Assembly (NCBI GenBank): GCA_017545535.1
Contig: JAFWMS010000005.1
Span: forward strand, 30,013 to 94,012
DNA from: Clostridia bacterium
GTDB taxonomy: Bacteria; Bacillota; Clostridia; Christensenellales; CAG-138
Length of the DNA stretch: 64,000 bases
Direction: 5' to 3'
Below the pieces are notes generated by a model. It did no database searches, was not told where the DNA came from, and worked only from the letters and a program-made list of their open reading frames with translations. A program made the position numbers and the translations under genes. Below, one piece after another: positions 36,476 through 46,345 of the stretch (position 1 is its first letter; each line of letters begins with the position of its first letter).

Positions 36476-38083
36476 ATGGACCCCGTATACGTCTTTGGAC
36501 ATAAGAACCCGGACACCGACTCCATCGTGGCCGCCATCGCCTACGCCAGCCTCCACAACGCTCTGGGGGACAGGGAGTACGTGGCCTGCCGTCTGGGGGT
36601 GCTGAGCGACGAGACCAGCCGCATTTTGCAGCGGTTCGGCTTCGAGTCGCCCCTGCGGCTTCACGACGTGCGCACCCAGGTGAAGGATCTGTCCTTTGAC
36701 CGGCCCCCCATCCTCTCCGACGCGGTGACGGTCCACAAGGCTTGGGAGCTGATGAACGAAAGCGATCTGCCCTCTGCGTCGCTGCCCATCGCCAACGAGG
36801 AGGGGAAGCTCTTCGGCATGCTCACCTCCGGGGACATCGCCCAATACGATCTTCGGTTCGTGGAGGAGACGCTGCTGCAGGACGTGCCCCTTTTCAACCT
36901 CCTCTCCTGCCTGGACGGGCAGATTTGGGGGGACTACGGGGACGTGACCGGCCTCTCCGGAGAGCTGTGCATCGCCGTCCCCGGCATGACCCAGGCTTTT
37001 CCGGAGCACGGCATCGTGATCACCGGCCGGGACAGCGCCGTGCTCCGGGCCGCCTACGCCGCCGGGGCCGCCGCCGTCATCGTCTGCGGCGGGCAGCTCC
37101 AGCCGGAGGACATGCCGGATCGGGGGACCTCGGTGATCATCACCACCCCCTACGACCCCTACCGGGCCGCCCGGCTCATGATCCAGTCCATCCCCATCTC
37201 CCGCATCGCCCGGACAAAGGATCTGATCGTGTTCCACGAGGAGGACTATCTGGACACCGTCCGGGAGGCCACCTTGAAGAGCCGCTACAGGAGTTACCCC
37301 GTGCTGGACAGCCAGGAGAACGTGGTGGGGACACTGTCCCGGTACCACCTGCTGCGGCCCAACCGGAAGAAGGTGGTCCTGGTGGACCACAGCGAGACCG
37401 CCCAGAGCGTGGAGGGCCTGGACCAGGCCCAGATCCTGGCCATCATCGACCACCACCGCCTGGCGGACGTGGAGACCGTGGACCCCATATATGTGCGGAC
37501 CGAGGCCGTGGGCGCCAGCACCACCATCATCGCCACCATGTTCCAGGAGCGGGGCATCATGCCCGGACAAAAGCTGGCAGGGCTCATGGCGGCGGGGATC
37601 CTGTCCGACACCATCCTTTTCCAGTCCCCCACCTGTACGGACCGGGACAAGATCATGGCCGAGCGCATGGCGCGCCTGGCCGGCCTGTCCCTGACGGAGC
37701 TGGGCAAGGACATCTTCTCCTCCACGCTGCCGGCGGACGCGGACGTGAAGGAGCTGCTGTTCACTGACTTCAAGCAGTTCCAGATTGCGGGCCACTCCCT
37801 GGGCATCGGCCAGTTCACCAGCACCGACTGCGAGCAGCTCGTCTCCCGCCACGACGAGGTCATCGCCATCATGGAGGAGGAGCGGAACAAACGGGGCTAT
37901 GAGATGCTCCTGTTCATGCTCACCGACGTGCTCAAACGAAGCACCCGGCTGTTGGCCGTGGGAGACCTGAACGAGCTGGGTCAGGTGTTCAACGTGAAGT
38001 TCAAGGACAACGCGGCCACCCTGCCCGGGGTCATGAGCCGGAAGAAGCAGATCGTGCCGACTTTGTCCCTGATTTGGGGCTAA
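36476..38083 (+). CDS. ppaC: Mn-dependent inorganic pyrophosphatase with CBS/DRTGG insert
   Basis: GHKNPDTDS, LVDH, IDHH, SRKKQ. Confidence 0.95.
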   Translation: MDPVYVFGHKNPDTDSIVAAIAYASLHNALGDREYVACRLGVLSDETSRILQRFGFESPLRLHDVRTQVKDLSFDRPPILSDAVTVHKAWELMNESDLPSASLPIANEEGKLFGMLTSGDIAQYDLRFVEETLLQDVPLFNLLSCLDGQIWGDYGDVTGLSGELCIAVPGMTQAFPEHGIVITGRDSAVLRAAYAAGAAAVIVCGGQLQPEDMPDRGTSVIITTPYDPYRAARLMIQSIPISRIARTKDLIVFHEEDYLDTVREATLKSRYRSYPVLDSQENVVGTLSRYHLLRPNRKKVVLVDHSETAQSVEGLDQAQILAIIDHHRLADVETVDPIYVRTEAVGASTTIIATMFQERGIMPGQKLAGLMAAGILSDTILFQSPTCTDRDKIMAERMARLAGLSLTELGKDIFSSTLPADADVKELLFTDFKQFQIAGHSLGIGQFTSTDCEQLVSRHDEVIAIMEEERNKRGYEMLLFMLTDVLKRSTRLLAVGDLNELGQVFNVKFKDNAATLPGVMSRKKQIVPTLSLIWG

Positions 38084-38108
38084 AGCAGTCAATCCAAGGG
38101 AGGTTCCC

Positions 38109-39830
38109 ATGCAGATATTCATCGACGGCAATCCGGTGGAGGCACAGGCGGGCGAAAGTCTGCTTTCCATCGTGCAGCGGCTGGGGCTCGATTCCCCGGA
38201 TCTCGGCAAGCGGCCTTTGGCCGCGGACCTGGGGGGCGAGGTTTTCACCCTCAACTACGTCCCCTGCCGGGAGCAGGATCGGCTTCCTGCGGCCATGGGC
38301 TATCGGGAGCGTCGGGGCATCCGCCGCAGCAAGGGCCAAATCAGCCTCATCCGTTACGGGGAGAACCGGGGCCAGCGGGTCTATGAGCGGACCCTTCTCT
38401 TCGTGTTCCTCTTGGCCGTGCGGGAGCTGTTCCCGGAGGCCCACGTGAAGGTGAACTACGCCATCGGCGCGGGGCTGTACATCACTATCCAGAAGCAGAC
38501 GCCGCTGACGAAGACCGAGGTGGACGCCCTGCGGCGCAAGTGCCGGGAGATCGTGGCCGCAGACTACATCCTGGAACGCAAGCGGCTGGATATCGACGAG
38601 GCCATCACATTCTTTGAGAAGGACGGGCAAACCGACAAGGTCCGGCTGCTGAACTACCGGCAGTTCACCTTCTTCGACATCTACCGGCACGGGGACTACG
38701 TGGATTATTTCTATGGCGAGATGTGCCCCTCCACGGGCTACGCCAGCGTCATGAACCTGCAGTACGAGGCCCCGGGGCTGTTTTTGCTCCGGCCCTCCGC
38801 CAAGGACGTGAACAAGCCCTCCACCTACGTGAAATCCCCCCGGTTCGCCGCCGTCTTCGCCGAAAGCAACCGGTGGGCGGGCCTCATGCGCTGCGCCTCG
38901 GTGGCGGATCTGAACGACATGGTCATGAGCGGTTCCGTGCGGGAGCTCATTCGGGTCAACGAGGCACTCCACGAGAAGCGGTTCGCGGAGATCGCCTCTG
39001 AGATCGTCTCCCGCGGCGCCCGGGCCATCCTCATCGCCGGGCCCTCCTCCTCCGGCAAGACCACCAGCGCCAACCGGCTCTGCACCCAGCTCAGGGTGCT
39101 GGGTAAGACGCCGCTGCTCTTCTCCCTGGACGATTATTATAAGGATCGGAGCCTGGTGGAGCCGGAGCCCGACGGCACCTTTGACTTTGAGCACATCAAG
39201 ATGATCGACGTGGAACGGTTCAACCGGGACCTGTCCGCCCTGCTGCGGGGGGAAGAGGTGGAGCCGCCCATCTTTGATTTTTCCACGGGCCAGAGCCTGC
39301 CCGGGGGCCGGACCATTCGCCTCACCGCGGATACGCCCCTCATCATCGAGGGGCTCCACGCCCTGAATCCCCAGCTTCTCACCCCCGAGATCGACCCCAG
39401 GGACGTGTTCAAGCTCTACGTGTCCGCCCTGACCACCCTGAATCTGGACGACCACAACCGGATCCCCACCTCGGACGTGCGGCTCCTTCGGCGGCTGGTC
39501 CGGGACTATCTCACCCGGGGCGCCACCATCGAGCGGACGCTGAACATGTGGGACAGCGTCCAGCGGGGTGAGCAGCGATGGATATTCCCCTATCAGGAGG
39601 GAGCCGACGCCATCTTCAACACGGCCCTGGTCTATGAGTTGGCGGTGCTGAAGAAGCATATCTTCCCCCTGCTCCAGTCCGCCGATCCCACCAGCCCCTG
39701 CTACGACCAGGTGCGCAACATCATCAAGTTCCTGAACTACGTGCAGGACGCCTCGGTGGAGGACGAGATCCCGCCCACCAGCATCCTGAGGGAGTTCATC
39801 GGCGGCAACACCTTCTATCTGAAGGGCTGA
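38109..39830 (+). CDS. Nucleoside (uridine) kinase-family protein with ThrRS-like N-terminal domain
   Basis: AGPSSSGKTT, SLDDYY, EGLHALN, RRLVRD. Confidence 0.88.
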   Translation: MQIFIDGNPVEAQAGESLLSIVQRLGLDSPDLGKRPLAADLGGEVFTLNYVPCREQDRLPAAMGYRERRGIRRSKGQISLIRYGENRGQRVYERTLLFVFLLAVRELFPEAHVKVNYAIGAGLYITIQKQTPLTKTEVDALRRKCREIVAADYILERKRLDIDEAITFFEKDGQTDKVRLLNYRQFTFFDIYRHGDYVDYFYGEMCPSTGYASVMNLQYEAPGLFLLRPSAKDVNKPSTYVKSPRFAAVFAESNRWAGLMRCASVADLNDMVMSGSVRELIRVNEALHEKRFAEIASEIVSRGARAILIAGPSSSGKTTSANRLCTQLRVLGKTPLLFSLDDYYKDRSLVEPEPDGTFDFEHIKMIDVERFNRDLSALLRGEEVEPPIFDFSTGQSLPGGRTIRLTADTPLIIEGLHALNPQLLTPEIDPRDVFKLYVSALTTLNLDDHNRIPTSDVRLLRRLVRDYLTRGATIERTLNMWDSVQRGEQRWIFPYQEGADAIFNTALVYELAVLKKHIFPLLQSADPTSPCYDQVRNIIKFLNYVQDASVEDEIPPTSILREFIGGNTFYLKG

Positions 39831-39846
39831 AGGGGGGCAGGGCTGC

Positions 39847-40911
39847 ATGCGTAAGACCGTTGCGATCACTTTGCTGGCGCTGGGCTTTTTGTGCCTGATC
39901 CTCTGCGCCGCTTTCACCGTGGTCCAACTTACCGCCTCGGAGACCGCCTGGTTCGAGCAGGAGTTCACCAAGCTGTCCGTTGCCGAGCAGATGAACATGA
40001 CCCTGGGGGATCTGGGCGCCTCCCTCCGCACGCTGGTGGACTATATGAACGGGGGCCCGGAGACCATCGACCTGCTGGTCACCGTGAACGGACAGCAGGT
40101 GCGCATGTTCGATCTGGATATCGAGATCGTCCACATGCGGGAGGTCCGGGACCTGTGGCAATGGTTCGTCGGCGCCCGGAACGTGGGTCTGCTTTTGGGC
40201 ATCATTCTGTGCCTGGGGGGCGTGGTCCTGGACGGAAAGGATGCCCTGCGCAACGCCTGCGTGGTGTACTTTTGGGCCCTGGGTCTGTTTTTGGTGCTGG
40301 TGGCCTTCGGGGGCACCTGGGCGGCCATCAGCTTCGACAGCTTCTGGACCGCGTTCCACCGGCTCATCTTCCCCGGCAGCGAAAATTGGCTGCTGCCGGC
40401 GGAATCTCGGATGATCCAGATGCTGCCCTCCCGGCTCTTCCGGGATCTGGTGATGCGCATGGGCGGGCGGATGCTCCTTCTGTTCCTGGCGGTGGCGGCC
40501 GGATGCGGGCTCATCCTCTACCTTCGGCAGCGGAAGCAAATCTTGGCGGAGGCCATCCCTCAGGAGGTGAAACCCAAGACTCCGGAGGAGGAGCTGGCCG
40601 CCGTCAAGGGACCGGACATGCTCATCGTCCACAAGAAAGCCAACATGAGCGTCACCGAGCGGCGTAAGCTGAACGAAGAGCTGGACCGGGAGAAAAAGGC
40701 CTTGACAGGGGAGGAAGAACCTGAATCGGCAGAAGAACTCCAGCCGGAGACGGCCATTGGGTCTCTCGACGAAGCGGTCGCCGCCGACTTCAGGGACGCG
40801 GCGCTGGACGTCCCGGTGGAGGGCCGGAAAAAGATCGAATTCGCGCCTGTCGACGAAACGACGGCAAAAAAAACGGAAGAGGAAGATGACGACTACGATG
40901 AGCTACTTTGA
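39847..40911 (+). CDS. DUF1461/TIGR01906-like membrane protein with acidic tail
   Basis: EIVHMREVR, FWTAFHRLIF, NWLL; four TM segments. Confidence 0.78.
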   Translation: MRKTVAITLLALGFLCLILCAAFTVVQLTASETAWFEQEFTKLSVAEQMNMTLGDLGASLRTLVDYMNGGPETIDLLVTVNGQQVRMFDLDIEIVHMREVRDLWQWFVGARNVGLLLGIILCLGGVVLDGKDALRNACVVYFWALGLFLVLVAFGGTWAAISFDSFWTAFHRLIFPGSENWLLPAESRMIQMLPSRLFRDLVMRMGGRMLLLFLAVAAGCGLILYLRQRKQILAEAIPQEVKPKTPEEELAAVKGPDMLIVHKKANMSVTERRKLNEELDREKKALTGEEEPESAEELQPETAIGSLDEAVAADFRDAALDVPVEGRKKIEFAPVDETTAKKTEEEDDDYDELL

Positions 40912-41959
40912 GGCCGCCCAGGAAAGGCTCCGGGCCCTGCAGACCCGGGGCGAGGCCACGGTCCTGTCCATAGAGACCTCCTGCGACGAGACCGCCGCCG
41001 CCGTGGTGAAAAACGGGCGGCAGGTCCTCAGCAACGCCGTCTACACCCAGATCCCCATCCACCGCCAGTTCGGCGGCGTGGTGCCGGAGCTGGCCAGCCG
41101 CAACCACGTGGACCAGGTGGGTCCCGTGGTGGAATCGGCCCTTCTGGACGCGGGCATGACCCTGGACGACGTGGACGCCATCGCCGTCACCGGCGGGCCG
41201 GGCCTGGTGGGCGCCCTGCTGGTGGGCGTGAGCTACGCAAAGGGGCTGGCCTTCGCCACAGGGAAGCCCCTGGTGAACACCCACCACATTTTGGGCCATA
41301 TCGCCGCCAACTATCTCACGTTTCCTGACCTCGTGCCCCCCTTCACCTGCCTGGTGGCCTCGGGGGGCCACAGCCACATCATCGAGGTGGCGGACTACGA
41401 CCGGTGCGTCCTTCTGGGCCGGACCCGGGACGACGCCGCCGGGGAAGCCTACGACAAGGTGGCCCGGGTGCTGGAGCTTCCCTACCCCGGCGGGCCGGAG
41501 CTGGAAAAGCTGGCCCAGGCGGGGGATCCCCACGCCATCCGCTTCCATTCCGCCTTCAACGAGGGGGAGGGCTTCGACATGAGCTTTTCCGGCCTAAAGA
41601 CCGCGGTCATCAACCACCTGAGCAACGCCAAGCAACGGGGCGAAACCGTAAACCGAGCGGACGTGGCCGCCAGCTTCCAGTTTGCCGTGAACACCATCCT
41701 CTCCGACAAGGCCGTTCGGGCCGCTGTGGAGAACGGCCATGGGACGCTGGCTCTGGCGGGGGGAGTGTCGGCCAACAAAAACCTGCGGCAGATGCTGGCC
41801 CAGAAGGCCGCAAAGCGGGGTATCCGCTTCTGCTGCCCGGACTTCAAATACTGCACGGACAACGGGGCTATGATCGGCTCGGCGGCCTTCTATCTTCTGA
41901 TGAAGGGTCATATCGCCGATTTAAGCTTCAACGCCGTGCCCTATCAGCCCATCGCATAG
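40898..41959 (+). CDS. tsaD: tRNA N6-threonylcarbamoyltransferase
   Basis: IETSCDET, GGVVPELASRNH, HILGH, DDAAGEAYDK, CTDNGAMI. Confidence 0.98.
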   Translation: MSYFEAAQERLRALQTRGEATVLSIETSCDETAAAVVKNGRQVLSNAVYTQIPIHRQFGGVVPELASRNHVDQVGPVVESALLDAGMTLDDVDAIAVTGGPGLVGALLVGVSYAKGLAFATGKPLVNTHHILGHIAANYLTFPDLVPPFTCLVASGGHSHIIEVADYDRCVLLGRTRDDAAGEAYDKVARVLELPYPGGPELEKLAQAGDPHAIRFHSAFNEGEGFDMSFSGLKTAVINHLSNAKQRGETVNRADVAASFQFAVNTILSDKAVRAAVENGHGTLALAGGVSANKNLRQMLAQKAAKRGIRFCCPDFKYCTDNGAMIGSAAFYLLMKGHIADLSFNAVPYQPIA

Positions 41960-41961
41960 CC

Positions 41962-42411
41962 ATGATCGAATATCGAAAGCTTTCCATAGACCAAATCGAG
42001 ACCTTTGCCCGTATGCGCATCCGGCAGCTGGTGGAGGAGGGGGCCAAAGAGGATGCGGACCTGTTGCCCGCGCTGCTGGACTACTACCGCCGCCATCTTT
42101 CGGACGGCACCTTCATCTCCTATCTGGCTATGGACGGGGAAAGGATCGTGGGCACCAGCGGCGTCTCCGTCGTGGAGAAGCCTGCCTGGTTCGGCTGTCC
42201 CACGGGTCGGATCGGCCTCATCTCCAGCATGTATACCGACAAAGGCTACCGGCGGCAGGGGATCGCCAAACGGCTTTTAGCTCTGGTGGTGGACGCGGCC
42301 AGGGAGCAGGGTTGCGGCACCGTGTGGGTCACCGCGTCGAATATGGGCGTGCCCTTCTACGGCAGCAACGGCTTTATTCACAACGGGAACTTCATGCAGT
42401 GCAAGCTATGA
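41962..42411 (+). CDS. GNAT acetyltransferase
   Basis: Motif A MYTDKGYRRQGIA; start corrected to MIEYRK. Confidence 0.88.
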   Translation: MIEYRKLSIDQIETFARMRIRQLVEEGAKEDADLLPALLDYYRRHLSDGTFISYLAMDGERIVGTSGVSVVEKPAWFGCPTGRIGLISSMYTDKGYRRQGIAKRLLALVVDAAREQGCGTVWVTASNMGVPFYGSNGFIHNGNFMQCKL

Positions 42412-42926
42412 ACGAGCTCTATTTGGAACTGAAGGACAACGAGTGGCCCTTCACCTATACGGACCACGACCGGCAGATCGTCCGCGCCATCGTCTTCGAC
42501 GACGAGGGCTGGTTCTATTTCGTGCGGGCCAGCCGAGACGATCAGTTCGGCAAGGCCACCCTCATCGAGACCTCCGGCGGCGGCGTGGAACAGGGCGAGG
42601 ACCTGCTCTCGGCCATCCATCGGGAGCTCAGGGAGGAGCTGGGGGCCGAGGTGGAGGTGGTGGCGAAGATCGGGGTGATCAGTGACTACTACAACCTCAT
42701 CCACCGCCACAATGTGAACCACTACTTCCTCTGCCGTGCCACCTCCTTCGGCGAAAAGCACCTGATGCCTGACGAGATCGAGGCCTTCCACCTGTCCACC
42801 CTGCGGCTCACCTTCGAAGAGGCGGTTCAGGAATATGAGCGCAGGGCCTGCACTCCCATCGGCCGGCTGATCGCCGCACGGGAACTGCCCATTCTTCGGC
42901 GAGCCAGGGAAAATCTGGATCAATAG
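42408..42926 (+). CDS. NUDIX hydrolase
   Basis: Nudix box GGGVEQGEDLLSAIHRELREELG; ATGA overlap with the GNAT gene. Confidence 0.9.
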   Translation: MNELYLELKDNEWPFTYTDHDRQIVRAIVFDDEGWFYFVRASRDDQFGKATLIETSGGGVEQGEDLLSAIHRELREELGAEVEVVAKIGVISDYYNLIHRHNVNHYFLCRATSFGEKHLMPDEIEAFHLSTLRLTFEEAVQEYERRACTPIGRLIAARELPILRRARENLDQ

Positions 42927-42960
42927 CTTTCTTTCCTTTCACATCGTCCATACTAAGGGC

Positions 42961-44460
42961 ATGGAGGACTATGACCGCTTCGTCGCCCTTTCCATGCTGA
43001 CGCCCCAGGCTGCCGCCGCCCAAAGGCGGGCGGTGTTTTTGACCGCGCCCCAGTTCGCCGTGATCGAGACTGCGCCGGGCCGCCGGCTGAAGGCTTCCCT
43101 GTTGCAGCAGACCTACATGAACTATATCCACAGCAACCTTGCCCGAAGGGTGGCGGCGGATTATTATCTGTTCCTCCCCGGCGAAGCACGGCTCCGGCCG
43201 GACGCCCTCTTTCGCCTGGCCATGGCCGCAGGTGGCGGGCGGGAACTTCTGTATGCGGACGAGGACGCGCTCCTCCGCGGCCGCCGGTGCCGTCCCCGGT
43301 TCAAACCCGATTTCAGCCCCCACACTCTGCTCTGCTATGACTATCTGGGCCGGGGCATCTGTGTCTCCCGAGCCCTCCTTCGGACCGTGGGGAGCTGGCC
43401 CGGCCCCGACGCCGCCCGGCGATACGCATTTTCGCTGCGGGCCGCGGCCCTGGCGGAGCGGATCGTCCATTTGCCCTTCGTGCTGTTCAGCCTGCCGCCG
43501 GAGGCGCCCTGCACCGATCCCGGTCCTCTAAAATCTTTTTTAGGGGATAGCGCCCTTCTTCTGCCCGGGCCCGTGCCGGGGACCTTTTTGCCCCGATTCG
43601 GCGTACGGCGGGAGCAGCTCGTTTCCGTGATCGTTTCAGATGAGAACGGTTCCGACGCTCTCAAAAGTACCCTTTTGGCCGTGGAACAGCGGATGCAGCT
43701 CCCCCGCTACGAGCTGGTGGTGGCTGCAAGCCGCCCCCTGACGCCCTTCCTCCGGGCCCTGCAAAGCAGTGACGTGCCCGTGGTGGAGCGGCCCGACGCC
43801 TCCCCCTGCGCCCTGTGGAACGCGGCCGCCCGGGCCGCCCGAGGCAGGTTTTTGCTGTTCCTTTTCGGGGGCTGTGAGCCCCTGTCCCCGGACTTCGGCC
43901 AGCGACTGACGGAGTGGGCGGCCCTGCCGGACGCGGGCGCCGTGGGCCCCCTGGTGCTGGACGGAGAGAGCCGCGTCCTCTCTCTGGGCACGGTGGTGGG
44001 GCTGTTGGGCGGCCTGGCGTCCCCCGGCTTCGGCCAAGGGGAGGATATCGTGCACAGCAGCGCCCCACGGCTGCTGTGTACCCGGGACGTGTCCTGTCTG
44101 CCGCCCTGGGCGCTGACGATCCGCCGGGACCGGTTCCTGGCGGCGGGCGGCTTTGACCCGGACATGGACCATGTGGGCTATGTGGAGGAGCTGTGTCTGC
44201 GCCTGGGCAGACGGGGGCTCCACTCCTTGTGCGTGCCTTCCGTCCGTTTCCGACTGCCCATCCTGCCGGACCTGGGCCCAAGCCCCGCCAACTTGCGCCG
44301 CTGCCGAGACGCCTTCTGCCCCCTGCTGCGGACGGGCGACCCCTTCTACAACCCCAATTTGAACATGGCCAGCTCCCTGCCCCGACCGGCCCTGCCGCCC
44401 CGATCGCCCCTGCATCTTCACGCTTCGGATCGCTGGCCGCCCTTTTTCTGTGACCCATAG
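42961..44460 (+). CDS. Divergent GT2-like glycosyltransferase homologue
   Basis: LYADED, PRFKPDFSP, VSVIV, AGAVGP, GGFD, DPFYNPNL; the DxD of the second domain is not visible. Confidence 0.7.
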   Translation: MEDYDRFVALSMLTPQAAAAQRRAVFLTAPQFAVIETAPGRRLKASLLQQTYMNYIHSNLARRVAADYYLFLPGEARLRPDALFRLAMAAGGGRELLYADEDALLRGRRCRPRFKPDFSPHTLLCYDYLGRGICVSRALLRTVGSWPGPDAARRYAFSLRAAALAERIVHLPFVLFSLPPEAPCTDPGPLKSFLGDSALLLPGPVPGTFLPRFGVRREQLVSVIVSDENGSDALKSTLLAVEQRMQLPRYELVVAASRPLTPFLRALQSSDVPVVERPDASPCALWNAAARAARGRFLLFLFGGCEPLSPDFGQRLTEWAALPDAGAVGPLVLDGESRVLSLGTVVGLLGGLASPGFGQGEDIVHSSAPRLLCTRDVSCLPPWALTIRRDRFLAAGGFDPDMDHVGYVEELCLRLGRRGLHSLCVPSVRFRLPILPDLGPSPANLRRCRDAFCPLLRTGDPFYNPNLNMASSLPRPALPPRSPLHLHASDRWPPFFCDP

Positions 44461-44470
44461 AAAAAAACTA

Positions 44471-44499
44471 TTGACAGCCCCCCTGTTTTTCTGTATTAT
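44471..44499 (+). promoter_or_regulatory. Sigma-A promoter of the tRNA gene
   Basis: TTGACA-17 bp-TATTAT. Confidence 0.8.
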
Positions 44500-44514
44500 A
44501 TTACCTGCAATCGC

Positions 44515-44590
44515 GCTCGGTTCGTCTAGTGGCCTAGGACACCGCCCTCTCACGGCGGTAACAGGGGTTCGACTCCCCTACCGGGTACCA
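44515..44590 (+). tRNA. tRNA-Glu(CTC)
   Basis: 76-nt cloverleaf; anticodon arm CCGCC-CTCTCAC-GGCGG; GTTCGAC T-loop; encoded CCA. Confidence 0.97.
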
Positions 44591-44744
44591 ACCCCGCCAA
44601 ATGGCGGGGTTATTCTTTTGTAGGGGATTCGGTAGTGAATGAGGCGCCTGTGGCGCCTCAGAGCCGAATCCCGACCAAGCCCGCAGGCGCGAATCGACTC
44701 CCCTACCGGGTACCAACCCTGCCAAACGGCGGGGTTATTCTTTT
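44569..44744 (+). repeat. Direct repeat of the tRNA 3' end plus terminator (period 125 bp) around a hairpin element
   Basis: 44569-44619 versus 44694-44744, 49/51 identical. Confidence 0.9.
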
Positions 44745-44886
44745 TTGGGGAATCGAACCGAAAAAAAGATAAAAATTATTTACAAGTATGTTGCGTCTTA
44801 GACAATAAGCTTGTGGTATTATTAAAAAGGAAAAAAAGCACGCGGCCGATCTGGGAGGATCCTGTCGCATGAGAGGAGATAAGCAT

Positions 44887-46161
44887 ATGGCCAAGAAATG
44901 GATCAGTTTGGTGCTGGCAGCCATAATGGTGCTTTTGCTGGTGCCTGCCGCTTTGGCGGAGGAGTCCTCTGCAGAGTCGACGGCGAGTGCGGAGCTGAAT
45001 GGAACGACGTTGACGGCTTCCGGCGGGCCCTATTCTTTTGACGGGAAAGCTCACGCCGTTTCCTGCCGGCTGGAGAACGGTAAAGAATATAAGAACATAT
45101 ACTATTCCGTCGATAACGGTAAAACCTGGACGAAGACGGCGCCGCGGCTGACTGACCCAGGTCAGCTCACTGTGACGGTGAGAGCCGTCAAGGAGAACGG
45201 AAGGGATCCTTTGACCGTTCAGGTGAAGCTGGAGGTGACGAAGACGGCGGCTGATGGTCTGGTGGTGCGGGTCAACAGCTCGTCTGTCAACATTCGCAAA
45301 AAAGCTGACGCCAACAGCAAGAGGCTGGGTAGGGCCAAAAAGGGCGAGACATTCAAACTCTTGGAGTCCCGCGGCAAATGGTATAAGATCCAGTATTCCT
45401 CTTCGCAAGAAGGGTATGTATACGCCCAGTATGTGGATGTAGTCAAAGAAGAGGATGCAGGATCGACCCCCAAGCCCACGGGAAAAATCACAGGGGATAC
45501 CGGTGTCGTGGTCAACAGCAAGGGCCGAGTGAATATCCGGTCCAAGGCCAGCAGCTCCAGCAAGATCCTGGGCACGGCCACAAACGGGGATACCTTCAAG
45601 GTCCTGGGCTCTCAGGGCAATTGGGTGAAAATCGAGTATAAGGGAAAGACCGCCTATATATACGGTCATTATATCGAGATGTCCGACAGCGACAGCCAGA
45701 AGCCTACGCCCACGCCCAAACCGACGCGCACCCCTAAGCCCACGACCGTGACCGGGGAAAAGGCCTATATCGTCAACTGCAAGCGGTATGTAAACGTGCG
45801 TGAAGAAGCCAGCGTTTCCAGCAAAAAACTGGGGACTTTGAAAAAAGATGCCGAGGTCACGGTGATCTCCATCGGTGAAAAATGGACCAAGATCGCCTAT
45901 AAGGACGGAATTGCCTATGTTTTCAACGAATATGTGTCCCCCGTCAGACCGGACGACGATGTAGCCGGGATCGTTGCCACCATCGTAAATGTCAAGTACG
46001 GTGTGAACATCCGTGCCAAGGCCACCAGCTCCAGCAAGATCCTGGGCGTGGCATATAACGGAGACACCTTCACGGTCCAGGGCACCAGCGGCCGGTGGGT
46101 AAAGGTGGAGTACAACGGCGGCAGCGCCTATATTTACGATCGCTACGTGAAGATCGGATAA
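44887..46161 (+). CDS. Secreted protein with four SH3b domains
   Basis: Signal peptide; four VN(I/V)R...S..LG...W.KI.Y...Y(V/I)..Y repeats; no catalytic domain recognised. Confidence 0.88.
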   Translation: MAKKWISLVLAAIMVLLLVPAALAEESSAESTASAELNGTTLTASGGPYSFDGKAHAVSCRLENGKEYKNIYYSVDNGKTWTKTAPRLTDPGQLTVTVRAVKENGRDPLTVQVKLEVTKTAADGLVVRVNSSSVNIRKKADANSKRLGRAKKGETFKLLESRGKWYKIQYSSSQEGYVYAQYVDVVKEEDAGSTPKPTGKITGDTGVVVNSKGRVNIRSKASSSSKILGTATNGDTFKVLGSQGNWVKIEYKGKTAYIYGHYIEMSDSDSQKPTPTPKPTRTPKPTTVTGEKAYIVNCKRYVNVREEASVSSKKLGTLKKDAEVTVISIGEKWTKIAYKDGIAYVFNEYVSPVRPDDDVAGIVATIVNVKYGVNIRAKATSSSKILGVAYNGDTFTVQGTSGRWVKVEYNGGSAYIYDRYVKIG

Positions 46162-46175
46162 GAGCCGGACATATG

Positions 46176-46205
46176 GGGCCGCCAGAACGGCGGCCCTTTT
46201 TGTTT
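46176..46205 (+). terminator. Rho-independent terminator
   Basis: GGGCCGCC-agaac-GGCGGCCC followed by a T-run. Confidence 0.85.
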
Positions 46206-46267
46206 GGTCCGCCGAACGGTTGGGTCCGCGGGCCGAGCAGCGGGAGCTTTTTCCGGAGGCGTCCACC

Positions 46268-46296
46268 TTGACAGGGCCCCGGGGCCGTGCCATACT
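46268..46296 (+). promoter_or_regulatory. Sigma-A promoter
   Basis: TTGACA-17 bp-CATACT with extended -10 TG. Confidence 0.6.
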
Positions 46297-46345
46297 CGTG
46301 ATATGGGTGGAAACGCCCGGTGTTTTGCATAATAAGGAGAAACCT

